Shown here in pieces: positions 16,183 to 24,268 of a stretch of DNA of 64,000 nucleotides; the first letter of the stretch is position 1; each line of letters opens with the position of its first letter. Location of the stretch: the NCBI GenBank assembly GCA_964626335.1, contig CAZVFN010000001.1:11482-75481 (forward strand), read 5' to 3'. The position numbers and the translations under genes are program-made. The DNA is from an uncultured Ectothiorhodospiraceae bacterium. GTDB taxonomy: Bacteria; Pseudomonadota; Gammaproteobacteria; XJ16; Halofilaceae. A model generated the notes under the pieces. It was not told the DNA's origin. It ran no database searches and saw only the letters and a list, made by a program, of their open reading frames with translations.

Positions 16183-18034
16183 GCGCACAGTCATCGGCCT
16201 TGGCCTCGCCGCCGTCGTCCTCGCGCCGTTCGCCGCGGCCGCGGACGACGTCCGGCGCCGCCCGGGCAGCGACCGCGACCGGGTCATCGAGCGCGAGATC
16301 CCGGGCGAGCGCGACCGCGAGCGCCCGGGCAGCGATCGCCCCCGGGAGCGCGACAAGGTCGAGCAATCCCCCGATCGAGCGCAGCAGCCGCGCGAGCAGC
16401 CCGACCCCAACAGGGCCGCCGGGATCGGGCGCGTCGAGCCGGCTTCGGCGCCGGACGAGCCCGGGCGCTTGACCCTGCCCGTGCCCGATCGGTGGCGTAT
16501 CGTCAATTCGCTCGGGCTGATCGATCAGCGCTGGTGGGACCCCTACGATCAGAACACGTACAAGGCGGACAAGCCGATCCACGACGACTGGTTCCTCAAC
16601 GTCGACTTCACCTCGGACACCGTCGTCGAGCCCAGGCAGTTCCCCGTCCCCGTCTCCCCGCAGGGCACGGCACGCAGCAACGAGCTCGACCTGGTCGGCA
16701 ACGGCGAGCAGATGGTCTACGCCCAGACCTTCATCGCCGGTCTCGTCTACTACAAGGGCAACACCGTATTCAAGCCGCCCGACTGGGAATACCGGCTGAC
16801 GCTGGCCGGCCAGTACAACCACGTCGAGTCCGAGCAGGCGCGCCTGCTGCGGGCGGACCCGGACCGCGGTACCGACCGCTCCGACCAGCACCTCGGCGTC
16901 CAGGAGCTGTTCGTCGACAAGCACCTCAGAGATGTCTCGCCGCGCTATGACTTCGACTCGGTGCGCTTCGGCATCCAGCCGTTCAACGCCGATTTCCGCG
17001 GCTTCCTGTTCCAGGACGAGCCCTTCGGGGTACGCCTGTTCGGCACGCGCGACAACAACATCTTCCAGTACAACCTGGCCTGGTTCCGCCGCATCGAGAA
17101 GGACACCAACAGCGGCCTCAACGACCTCGCCGAGGGCCTGCGCGACGACGACGTCTTCGTCGCCAACCTGTTCTGGCAGGACTTCCCCGTGCTCGGCTTC
17201 GACAGCCAGGCCACGATCCTGCACAACCGCAATGAGGAAGGCGACGAGAGCGCGCACTTCAACCAGAACAACTTCATCGAGCGCCCGGCCTCCATCGGCC
17301 TGGAGAAGCCGCGCAACTACGACGTGACGTATGTCGGCCTCTCGGGCGACGGCCACTTCGGACGCACGAACTTCACCGGATCGGTGTATTACGCCCATGG
17401 CGAGCAGGACCGCGGCGTCTTCGTCGAGGAGCCCACCGACATCCGCGCCGGCTTCGCCGCCGGCGAGCTCTCCTGGGACTTCGACTGGACGCGCCTGCGC
17501 GTCTCCGGCCTCTATGCCAGCGGCGACGACGACCCGTTCGACGACGTCTCCAACGGCTTCGACGCCGTGTTCGAGAACCCGCTGTTCGCGGGCGCCGACA
17601 CCAGCTTCTGGATCCGCCAGCCCGTGCCGCTGATCGGCGGCGGTCGGGTCGCGCTGTCCGGCCGCAACGGGATACTCAACTCGCTGCGCAGCTCCAAGGA
17701 GGAAGGCCAGTCCAACTTCGACAATCCGGGCACCGTCCTGCTCGGCATCGGCACCGACCACGACGTCACGCCGCAGCTGCGTGTCTCGACCAACGTCAAC
17801 CAGCTGTGGTTCGACACGACCGAGACCGTGGAGGTCGCGCGCCAGCAGACGAACGTCGATGACGAGATCGGCACCGACATATCGGTCTCGGCAATCTACC
17901 GGCCGCTGTTCACGCAGAACATCGTCTTCCGCGGGTCGGCCGCCGTTCTCGAGCCGGGTGATGGCTACGAGCAACTGTTTGGCACCGACGACGAGGCCTA
18001 CTCCGTGCTCTTCAACCTGGTGTTGCGGTACTGA
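16154..18034 (+). CDS. Outer-membrane beta-barrel protein (porin-like) with an N-terminal Arg/Asp/Glu/Pro-rich repeat
   Basis: Signal peptide KRTVIGLGLAAVVLAPFAAAA. Repeat RPGSDRDR...RPGSDRPRERD. Long run of alternating beta-strand-like sequence. The C-terminus, ...VLFNLVLRY, ends in an aromatic residue. Overlaps the upstream gene by 29 nt and the downstream gene by 1 nt. Confidence 0.65.
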   Translation: MSRPSVKASKRTVIGLGLAAVVLAPFAAAADDVRRRPGSDRDRVIEREIPGERDRERPGSDRPRERDKVEQSPDRAQQPREQPDPNRAAGIGRVEPASAPDEPGRLTLPVPDRWRIVNSLGLIDQRWWDPYDQNTYKADKPIHDDWFLNVDFTSDTVVEPRQFPVPVSPQGTARSNELDLVGNGEQMVYAQTFIAGLVYYKGNTVFKPPDWEYRLTLAGQYNHVESEQARLLRADPDRGTDRSDQHLGVQELFVDKHLRDVSPRYDFDSVRFGIQPFNADFRGFLFQDEPFGVRLFGTRDNNIFQYNLAWFRRIEKDTNSGLNDLAEGLRDDDVFVANLFWQDFPVLGFDSQATILHNRNEEGDESAHFNQNNFIERPASIGLEKPRNYDVTYVGLSGDGHFGRTNFTGSVYYAHGEQDRGVFVEEPTDIRAGFAAGELSWDFDWTRLRVSGLYASGDDDPFDDVSNGFDAVFENPLFAGADTSFWIRQPVPLIGGGRVALSGRNGILNSLRSSKEEGQSNFDNPGTVLLGIGTDHDVTPQLRVSTNVNQLWFDTTETVEVARQQTNVDDEIGTDISVSAIYRPLFTQNIVFRGSAAVLEPGDGYEQLFGTDDEAYSVLFNLVLRY

Positions 18035-21000
18035 TGACAGCGCAAGCGAACCGAAACACGCCGATGAGCGAACCCGTCGCCCCCGGGCGCACGCCGAATC
18101 GCGCCCGGGCGTGGCTCCACGCCGGTGCCCTCGTGCTCGCGGCGACGCTGGCCTGGGGACCCGGCGACCGCGCGCAGGCGGCCTCCGCGCTCGGCGAGCC
18201 GCAGGACGTCGATTACGACCCCGCCCCGCCCGCGCCGAAGAACCAGCTGCCGGGCCAGGCCGAGGACAAGAGCGACGGCTGCCAGTCGTGCCACACCGAG
18301 ACCGACCAGAAGGACATGCACGACAACCCGGCGGTCGTTCTCGGCTGTACCGACTGCCACGGCGGCGATCACGACGTCATGCGCCCGGCCGACAGCGAAC
18401 AGGGCGATCCCGCCTACCAGAACGCGATGAAGGAAGCGCACGTCAAGCCGCTGTACCCGGGGGCGTGGAATTGGCCGAACAGCGCGACGCCGAAACGCAC
18501 GTACACGCTGCTGAACGAGGAATCGCCGGAATTCGTCCGCTTCGTGAACCCGGGCGACTACCGCGTCGCGGAGAAGGCGTGCGGCAACTGCCACGGCGAC
18601 ATCGTCGCCGCCGCCCAGCGCAGCCTGATGGCGACCTCGGCGATGTTCTGGGGCGGGGCGGCGTACAACAACGGCATCCTGCCCAACAAGCGCTACATCC
18701 TGGGCGAGGCCTACACCGACGAGGGCAAGCCCGCCAGGATCGAGAACCCGGTCGAGGTCACGGAGCCGATGAAGCGCGCCGGTGTCCGCCCCGAGCTGTG
18801 GCCCCTGCCCGCCTGGGAGACCGTGCCGCCGGCCGACGTCTTCCGCGTGTTCGAGCGTGGCGGGCGCAACAAGGAGAACCTGTTCCCCGAGACCGGCCTG
18901 CCGAACCCCGAATTCGACATCCAGGTGCTCGAGGAGCCGGGCCGCCCGGACATCCGCCAGTCGAACCGGGGCCCGGGCACCGGGCAGCGGATCGCCGTGC
19001 CGGTGCTCAACATGACCAAGACGCGGCTGAACGACCCGACCATGTGGTTCATGGGCACCAACGACAACCCGGGCGACTTCCGCTCCTCGGGCTGCTCGTC
19101 GTGCCACGTCGTCTACGCCAACGACCGCAAGGAAAAGTCCGCCGGCCAGTACGCCGAGCACGGCCACTGGGGCAAGAGCATCACCGCGGACCCGACCATC
19201 CCGAAGGATGAGAAGGGCCACCCCCTCGAACACAAGTTCACCGAGCAGATCCCGACCAGCCAGTGCATGATCTGCCACATGCACCAGCCGAATTCGTTCG
19301 TGAACTCGTTCCTCGGCTACACCATGTGGGACTACGAGTCCGATGCACCGCGCATGTGGCCCGAGGAGCAGCAATACCCGAGCTCCGAGGAGCAGCGCCG
19401 GATCAACGCCCGCAACCCCGAGGGCGCGGCCGTGCGCGGCAAGTGGGGCGACGTCGACTTCCTCTCCGGCGTATCGGAGCTGAACGACCAAATGGAGCAC
19501 ACGCAGTTCGCCGACTACCACGGCCACGGCTGGAACTTCCGCGCCGTGTTCAAGAAAGACCGCGAGGGCAAGCTGCTCGACGCGAAGGGCGACGTGGTGT
19601 CCCACGACGACCCGGAGAAGTTCGACAAGGCCGTGCACATGTCGTCGATCCACGCCGACAAGGGCATGCACTGCGTCGACTGCCACTACAGCCAGGACAC
19701 GCACGGCAACGGCCACATCTACGGTGAGGTCGCGCAGGCCATCGAGATCGAGTGCTCCGACTGCCACGGCACTGCCGAGCGCTACCCGGACCTGCTGACC
19801 AGCGGCCCGGCCGCGCCGCCGGGCGGGCGCGACATGTCGACGATGCGCACGCCCGACGGTCGCCAGCGCTTCGTCTGGCGTAACGGCGACCTGTACCAGC
19901 GCTCGCAAATGGACCCCGAAAAGGAGTGGCAGGTCAGCCTGGTCAAGGACACGGTGACGCAGGGCAGCGGCAGCTACAACGAGCGCGCCGCACGCTCCAA
20001 GCTGATGTCGTCGGACGAGCACAAGCAGGACTGGGGCCGAGACGTGGCGAAGGAGAACCGCGCGCACAAGGAATCGGAGATGATGTGCACCACCTGCCAC
20101 ACGTCCTGGACGACGAGCTGCGCGGGCTGCCATCTGCCGATCGAGGCGAACTGGAAGACCAAGCGCCATCACTACGAAGGCGGGGCCACGCGCAACTTCG
20201 CCACCTACAACCCCCAGGTGGTGCGCGACCAGATGTTCCAGCTGGGCCTGCACGGGCCCGCCAAGGGCAACCGCGTCGCACCGGTGCGCTCGTCCTCTGC
20301 GCTGGTGCTGTCGTCGCGCGACGCCGAGCGCGGGCTGATCTACACCCAGCAGCCGCCGATCTCGTCGGCCGGTTTCTCGTCGCAGGCGTTCGCGCCTCAC
20401 TTCGCGCACACCGTGCGCAAGACCGAGACGAAGTCGTGCGAGGACTGCCATCTCTCCGAGGAAGGCGACAACAACGCGATCATGTCGCAGTTGTTGCTCC
20501 AGGGGACCGATTTCGTCGATTTCGTCGGCTACAACGCCTGGGTCGGCGAGGCCGGCGGCCTGTCCGCCGTGCGCGTCAGCGAGTGGGAGGAGCCGCAGGC
20601 CGTGATCGGCAGCTACCTCCACGAGTACGCCTACCCCGACTGGTATGCGCAGCACAACAAGCGCGATCGCCAGCTGGACCAGGCCTATGACCACGGTGCC
20701 GGCGGCGAGGTCGGCTGCCTGCAACTGCGCGGCGAGTATGTCTACGCCGCCGAAGGGCCCGGGGGCTTCCAGGTCTACGACGCACAGGCGATCGGCAACA
20801 AGAACTTCTCGCAGCGCCTGATCACGCAGCCGTTCTCGCCGCTGGGCCACGACACCCAGGTCGACACGAGGAACGCGACCTGCGTCGCCCTGCCGACCAC
20901 CCAGCCGATCCACCCGGACCGCAATCAGGGCGAGCTGATGCGCGAGACCAACATGGAGCAGCCGTTCCACCCGGTCTACGACTACGCGGGCATCACCGAC

Positions 21001-21855
21001 AGCGAGGAGGGGCTGATCCTCGTCGACGTCAACACGCTCGCCGACGGCGAGCCGCGCAACAACTTCCTCGAGCGCGCGGTGACGTTCAACCCGAACGGCG
21101 TGCTCGACGGTGCGCGCGACATCACGTTCGGTGGGCACTTTGCCTACGTGGCCACCGATGACGAGCTCGTGGTGGTCGACCTGGATCAGCCCGGGCAGCC
21201 GCGGATCGCCGAGCGCATCCGCCTGCAGGATCCGCGTGCGAGTTTCGTCCAGTTCCGCTACCTGTTCGTCACCGATGCCACGGGTCTGCGGGTGATCGAC
21301 ATCACCCATCCGCAGGAGGCCGAGCTGGTTGCGGGCGCACGGGTCGAGCTGGCCGATGCGCAGGGCCTGCACGTGGCACGCACCTACGCCTACATCGCCA
21401 ACGGCGGGCAGGGTCTCGCGATCGTCGACGTGACGCGGCCGGAGGCGCCGGAGCTCTTCCAGCGCTTCGACGGCGGCGGGCGGATCGGCGACGCCCGCGA
21501 CGTCGTCGCCGGGGCCAGCTACGCCTCGGTGTTCGCCTACGTCGCGGACGGGCGCAACGGCCTGCAGGTCGTGCAGCTCACCTCGCCGGAGCGCACGCCC
21601 GGTTTCTACGGCTACAGTCCGCCGCCCGACCCGAAGTGGATCGCCGGTTACCCGACCGAGCGGCCGGCGCTGGCGCTGTCCGAGCCGCTGGAGCGCGACC
21701 GGGCAGTCGACGAGACCGGCCACCAGATCGCCGTGTTCGGGCGCATCGGCTCGCGACCGTTTGACTGGGAAGAGATGAAGCAGCTCTACCTCGACGACCA
21801 GGGCAAACCCTGGTACGTCAGCGATCCCCCGGGGGCCACCGCGGCCGGCAACTAG
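18034..21855 (+). CDS. Large secreted decahaem cytochrome c fused to a C-terminal LVIVD-repeat beta-propeller
   Basis: Signal-like ARAWLHAGALVLAATLAWGPGDRAQAAS. Ten CXXCH sites are spread over about 850 aa: CQSCH, CTDCH, CGNCH, CSSCH, CMICH, CVDCH, CSDCH, CTTCH, CAGCH, CEDCH. LVIVD-type repeats follow: GLILVDV, ELVVVDL, GLRVIDI, GLAIVDV, GLQVVQL. The ATG overlaps the upstream TGA. Confidence 0.8.
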   Translation: MTAQANRNTPMSEPVAPGRTPNRARAWLHAGALVLAATLAWGPGDRAQAASALGEPQDVDYDPAPPAPKNQLPGQAEDKSDGCQSCHTETDQKDMHDNPAVVLGCTDCHGGDHDVMRPADSEQGDPAYQNAMKEAHVKPLYPGAWNWPNSATPKRTYTLLNEESPEFVRFVNPGDYRVAEKACGNCHGDIVAAAQRSLMATSAMFWGGAAYNNGILPNKRYILGEAYTDEGKPARIENPVEVTEPMKRAGVRPELWPLPAWETVPPADVFRVFERGGRNKENLFPETGLPNPEFDIQVLEEPGRPDIRQSNRGPGTGQRIAVPVLNMTKTRLNDPTMWFMGTNDNPGDFRSSGCSSCHVVYANDRKEKSAGQYAEHGHWGKSITADPTIPKDEKGHPLEHKFTEQIPTSQCMICHMHQPNSFVNSFLGYTMWDYESDAPRMWPEEQQYPSSEEQRRINARNPEGAAVRGKWGDVDFLSGVSELNDQMEHTQFADYHGHGWNFRAVFKKDREGKLLDAKGDVVSHDDPEKFDKAVHMSSIHADKGMHCVDCHYSQDTHGNGHIYGEVAQAIEIECSDCHGTAERYPDLLTSGPAAPPGGRDMSTMRTPDGRQRFVWRNGDLYQRSQMDPEKEWQVSLVKDTVTQGSGSYNERAARSKLMSSDEHKQDWGRDVAKENRAHKESEMMCTTCHTSWTTSCAGCHLPIEANWKTKRHHYEGGATRNFATYNPQVVRDQMFQLGLHGPAKGNRVAPVRSSSALVLSSRDAERGLIYTQQPPISSAGFSSQAFAPHFAHTVRKTETKSCEDCHLSEEGDNNAIMSQLLLQGTDFVDFVGYNAWVGEAGGLSAVRVSEWEEPQAVIGSYLHEYAYPDWYAQHNKRDRQLDQAYDHGAGGEVGCLQLRGEYVYAAEGPGGFQVYDAQAIGNKNFSQRLITQPFSPLGHDTQVDTRNATCVALPTTQPIHPDRNQGELMRETNMEQPFHPVYDYAGITDSEEGLILVDVNTLADGEPRNNFLERAVTFNPNGVLDGARDITFGGHFAYVATDDELVVVDLDQPGQPRIAERIRLQDPRASFVQFRYLFVTDATGLRVIDITHPQEAELVAGARVELADAQGLHVARTYAYIANGGQGLAIVDVTRPEAPELFQRFDGGGRIGDARDVVAGASYASVFAYVADGRNGLQVVQLTSPERTPGFYGYSPPPDPKWIAGYPTERPALALSEPLERDRAVDETGHQIAVFGRIGSRPFDWEEMKQLYLDDQGKPWYVSDPPGATAAGN

Positions 21856-22017
21856 TGTCCTTTAACGGAAGTTCGCCGAGGTTTCTCGGCGAGGCATCGT
21901 GGTGGCTGGCACGGCGCGCCGACGAGCCATGGCGCATCCCATGGTGAGGAGGCGCAACGCCGCCAGGCGCCGCGAGGCCCGGCGAAAAGCCGGTGAACTC
22001 TCGTTAAAGGACACTAG
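21852..22017. mobile_element. MITE-like element A (~160 bp) with terminal inverted repeats TGTCCTTTAACG, flanked on both sides by CTAG
   Basis: Left end CTAGTGTCCTTTAACGGAAGTTC. Right end GAACTCTCGTTAAAGGACACTAG. That is 16 of 16 matching positions including CTAG, with further imperfect matches inward. No internal ORF. The left CTAG contains the TAG stop of the 18034 gene. Confidence 0.6.
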
Positions 22018-22146
22018 GCGCCTGTCCGAGAGATTCGCGCCGTCGCGAGCGCGTGGGACCAGCGAGCAGGTTTTGGCGATCGTGAAACGAGCATGGTGGT
22101 TCCCATGTGCGTCGAGCGCTCGCCGAAAGATGCTGCTGGGGCACGC
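22012..22146 (+). mobile_element. Diverged, right-end-degraded copy of MITE-like element B (paralogue of 39501..39677)
   Basis: By eye it aligns with 39505..39636 at roughly four-fifths identity (CTAGGCGCCTGTCCG...GCCGTCGCGAGCGCGTGG...GATCGTGAAACGAGCATGG...GTCGAGCGCTC...GATGCTGCTGGGGCACG). Element A sits exactly at its left CTAG. Confidence 0.5.
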
Positions 22147-22385
22147 GCGCACCGAGGCCACGGCTTCTGGGAGCGGCGCCCGGGCAAGCCCTGGTCCATG
22201 CCCTGTCGCCCGGTTTCGCCTGCCGAGCACCCGTGCCAGGCGCGCGGCCGGCGCCGGATCGCCCAATACGGGCAAGCCGCACAACGCCGCGAGTCGACCG
22301 GGCACGCGCACGGCTCGACAGTCCCTCCAACGACTGGCGTGCCCGCGCGCTTGGCCGCGACGTGCGTGTGCTATCCTGCCGCGCC

Positions 22386-23063
22386 ATGCAGTCGAGCACC
22401 CCCGCATCGCAGCCCGGATCCGACCCATTCGCCACCGGCGTCCTGCAGGTGCAAGGGCTCGGCTGCAGCCGCGGAGATCAAGTGCTGTTCGACGCACTCG
22501 AATTCCGCATCGAGCCGTCCGGGGTGCTGCTGATCGAGGGACCCAACGGTAGCGGCAAGACAACGCTGCTGCGCGCCATCTGCGGACTGGTGCCGATCGA
22601 CGCGGGTCGGATCAGCTGGAACGACCGCGCCGTGGAAACGGCCTTCGACGAAACCTACCGTGACGCGATCGCCTACGTAGGCCACGCAAGCGGGATCAAG
22701 GAAGATCTCACGGCCGCCGAGAACCTGACCGCCGCCCGCGCACTCGGCGGCGGTGGTGGCCGCGAGGGGCTCGCCCCGACCGCGGCGCTCGAGCAGCTGG
22801 GCCTCGGCTGGGCCGGCGAGCGATTGGTCCGACGCCTGTCCGCCGGACAGCGTCGCCGGGTCGCGCTGGCACGCCTGCTCACGGCACCCGCACCACTGTG
22901 GATCCTGGACGAGCCCCTGGCGGCACTCGACACCGACGGCAAGCGCTTGCTCGAGACACTGATCAGCGAGCACGCGAGCGCGGGCGGACTGACACTCATA
23001 TCGACGCATCAACCGCTGGCCCTGCCGGACGTCGGTGTCGAGCATCTCTACCTGGCCGCGTGA
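22386..23063 (+). CDS. ccmA: Cytochrome c biogenesis (System I) haem exporter, ATP-binding protein CcmA
   Basis: In-frame tail of ORF 22107..23063. Start set at ATG 22386 (MQSSTPAS). GPNGSGKTTLLR, LSAGQRRRVALARL, LWILDEP. Followed directly by ccmB. Confidence 0.85.
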   Translation: MQSSTPASQPGSDPFATGVLQVQGLGCSRGDQVLFDALEFRIEPSGVLLIEGPNGSGKTTLLRAICGLVPIDAGRISWNDRAVETAFDETYRDAIAYVGHASGIKEDLTAAENLTAARALGGGGGREGLAPTAALEQLGLGWAGERLVRRLSAGQRRRVALARLLTAPAPLWILDEPLAALDTDGKRLLETLISEHASAGGLTLISTHQPLALPDVGVEHLYLAA

Positions 23064-23065
23064 CC

Positions 23066-23734
23066 ATGCTCCGCGCTTTTGCCGCAATCCTCGTGCGCGA
23101 TTTGAGGCTGGCCCTGCGGCGACGCGGCGAGCTGGTCCAGCCCCTCGTCTTCCTGGTCGCGGTGATCACCCTGTTCCCGCTCGCCCTGGGCCCGGAACGC
23201 GAGCTGCTTGCCCGCATCGCGCCCGGCATTGTCTGGGTCGCCACCCTGCTTGCGGTTCTGCTGCCCGCGGATCGCATGTTCCGCTCGGACTATGACGACG
23301 GCAGTCTCGAGCAGCTGTTGCTCGCGCCGCAACCGACCTCGGTACTGGCACTCGCCAAGGTCGCGGCGCACTGGCTGACGTCCGCGCTGCCGATCGTCAT
23401 CCTCGCGCCGTTGGCAGGGCTGTTCCTGCAGCTACCCCTCGATGCGCTCCCGATCCTGGTCGCGACACTGGCCCTCGGCACACCGGTGCTCGGGCTGATC
23501 GCGGCCATCGGCGTGGCGCTCACCGTGGGGCTGCGCAGCGGCGGGCCGTTGCTGGCACTGCTGGTGCTGCCGCTCTACGTACCCGTGTTGATCTTCTCGG
23601 CCGGCGCCGTGGACCGGGCGATCGCGGGCCTGCCCGTGGCGGGTCCGCTGTACATGCTCGCCGCCCTGTTCGCACTGGCGCTGACGCTGGCGCCGCTGGC
23701 CGTTGCGGCGGCGCTGCGGATCTCGGTCGCGTAA
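23066..23734 (+). CDS. ccmB: Haem exporter permease CcmB
   Basis: Start ATG 23066 (MLRAFAAILVRDLRLALRRRGELVQPLVFLV). 222 aa, six hydrophobic segments, typical CcmB N-terminus and size. Confidence 0.85.
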   Translation: MLRAFAAILVRDLRLALRRRGELVQPLVFLVAVITLFPLALGPERELLARIAPGIVWVATLLAVLLPADRMFRSDYDDGSLEQLLLAPQPTSVLALAKVAAHWLTSALPIVILAPLAGLFLQLPLDALPILVATLALGTPVLGLIAAIGVALTVGLRSGGPLLALLVLPLYVPVLIFSAGAVDRAIAGLPVAGPLYMLAALFALALTLAPLAVAAALRISVA

Positions 23735-24005
23735 CCCGCAACGCGGCGCGGCGTGAATGGCGTCGCCGGCGCGGAGCGAGGTGGCGGTCAACCGATGCGA
23801 TGCGCCCCGGCGGTCGGGGTCGCCGGAGCGGATGCGGTCGAGCGCACCGCGCGCGGGCACGAGACCGCGGCGGCCAGTGGACCGCGCGGCGTGCCGGTGC
23901 GCCCCGCGAGGCCGGCTGCCGACTCGCTGCGCTGCAAGCCGCGACGCCTCGGGCAGACGCCGCCGCCTCCGCGTCGGCGGGGCAGCGTCCGGGTCCGGCG
24001 CGAAT

Positions 24006-24239
24006 CTAGCCGCGGCGGCGTCGCACCACGGCCAGGGTTGCACAGGCCACGGCCGCGAAGACCACGATGGCCGGCCCGCCCCAGGCCCAGCTCGGGATGC
24101 CCGCGAGCCAGTGGCCAACGGCCGCGAGCATGCCGTGGCCCGGATGGGCATGCGGCGCATGTCCCGTGTGGGCCATGGCCGCGAACGCGTGGAGTCCGCC
24201 GACCGCCGCGATGATGGGTGTGACAATGACCCTGCGCAT
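24006..24239 (-). CDS. Small (77 aa) His-rich membrane/secreted protein downstream of hynL
   Basis: C-terminal part of spurious ORF 24006..24995. GGAGAAATCG lies before ATG 24239. Sequence: MRRVIVTPIIAAVGGLHAFAAMAHTGHAPHAHPGHGMLAAVGHWLAGIPSWAWGGPAIVVFAAVACATLAVVRRRRG. It has an N-terminal hydrophobic segment, the stretch HTGHAPHAHPGH, and a C-terminal TM helix. Confidence 0.55.
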   Translation of the reverse strand: MRRVIVTPIIAAVGGLHAFAAMAHTGHAPHAHPGHGMLAAVGHWLAGIPSWAWGGPAIVVFAAVACATLAVVRRRRG

Positions 24240-24268
24240 CGATTTCTCCTCGTGCGTCCGCCGTTCGC

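Noticed and set aside
8678-21723. Very long antisense ORFs (8678..11428, 11088..13532, 14137..16506, 15785..17974 and 17998..21723, all minus strand)
   Set aside because: They lie opposite genes with clear domain content. Their translations are low-complexity Arg/Gly/Ala/Asp/Val strings without signal peptides or motifs. Long open antisense frames are expected at this G+C content.
22107-22385. N-terminal extension of ccmA (the track ORF starts at 22107), and likewise the 120-codon extension of mtrC (47828..48187)
   Set aside because: The ccmA extension reads through the MITE-like repeat and the mtrC extension reads through promoter DNA. Both are Arg-rich nonsense. Internal ATGs (22386 and 47827, the latter with a clear SD) give canonical N-termini.
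23735-24005. Possible island junctions (23735..24005 and 49477..49589), checked for integrase, tRNA or direct repeats
   Set aside because: No tRNA, integrase or recombinase gene, or flanking direct repeat, is visible by eye. Base composition does not visibly change. I therefore do not call the block a genomic island, only a split of the ccm locus.
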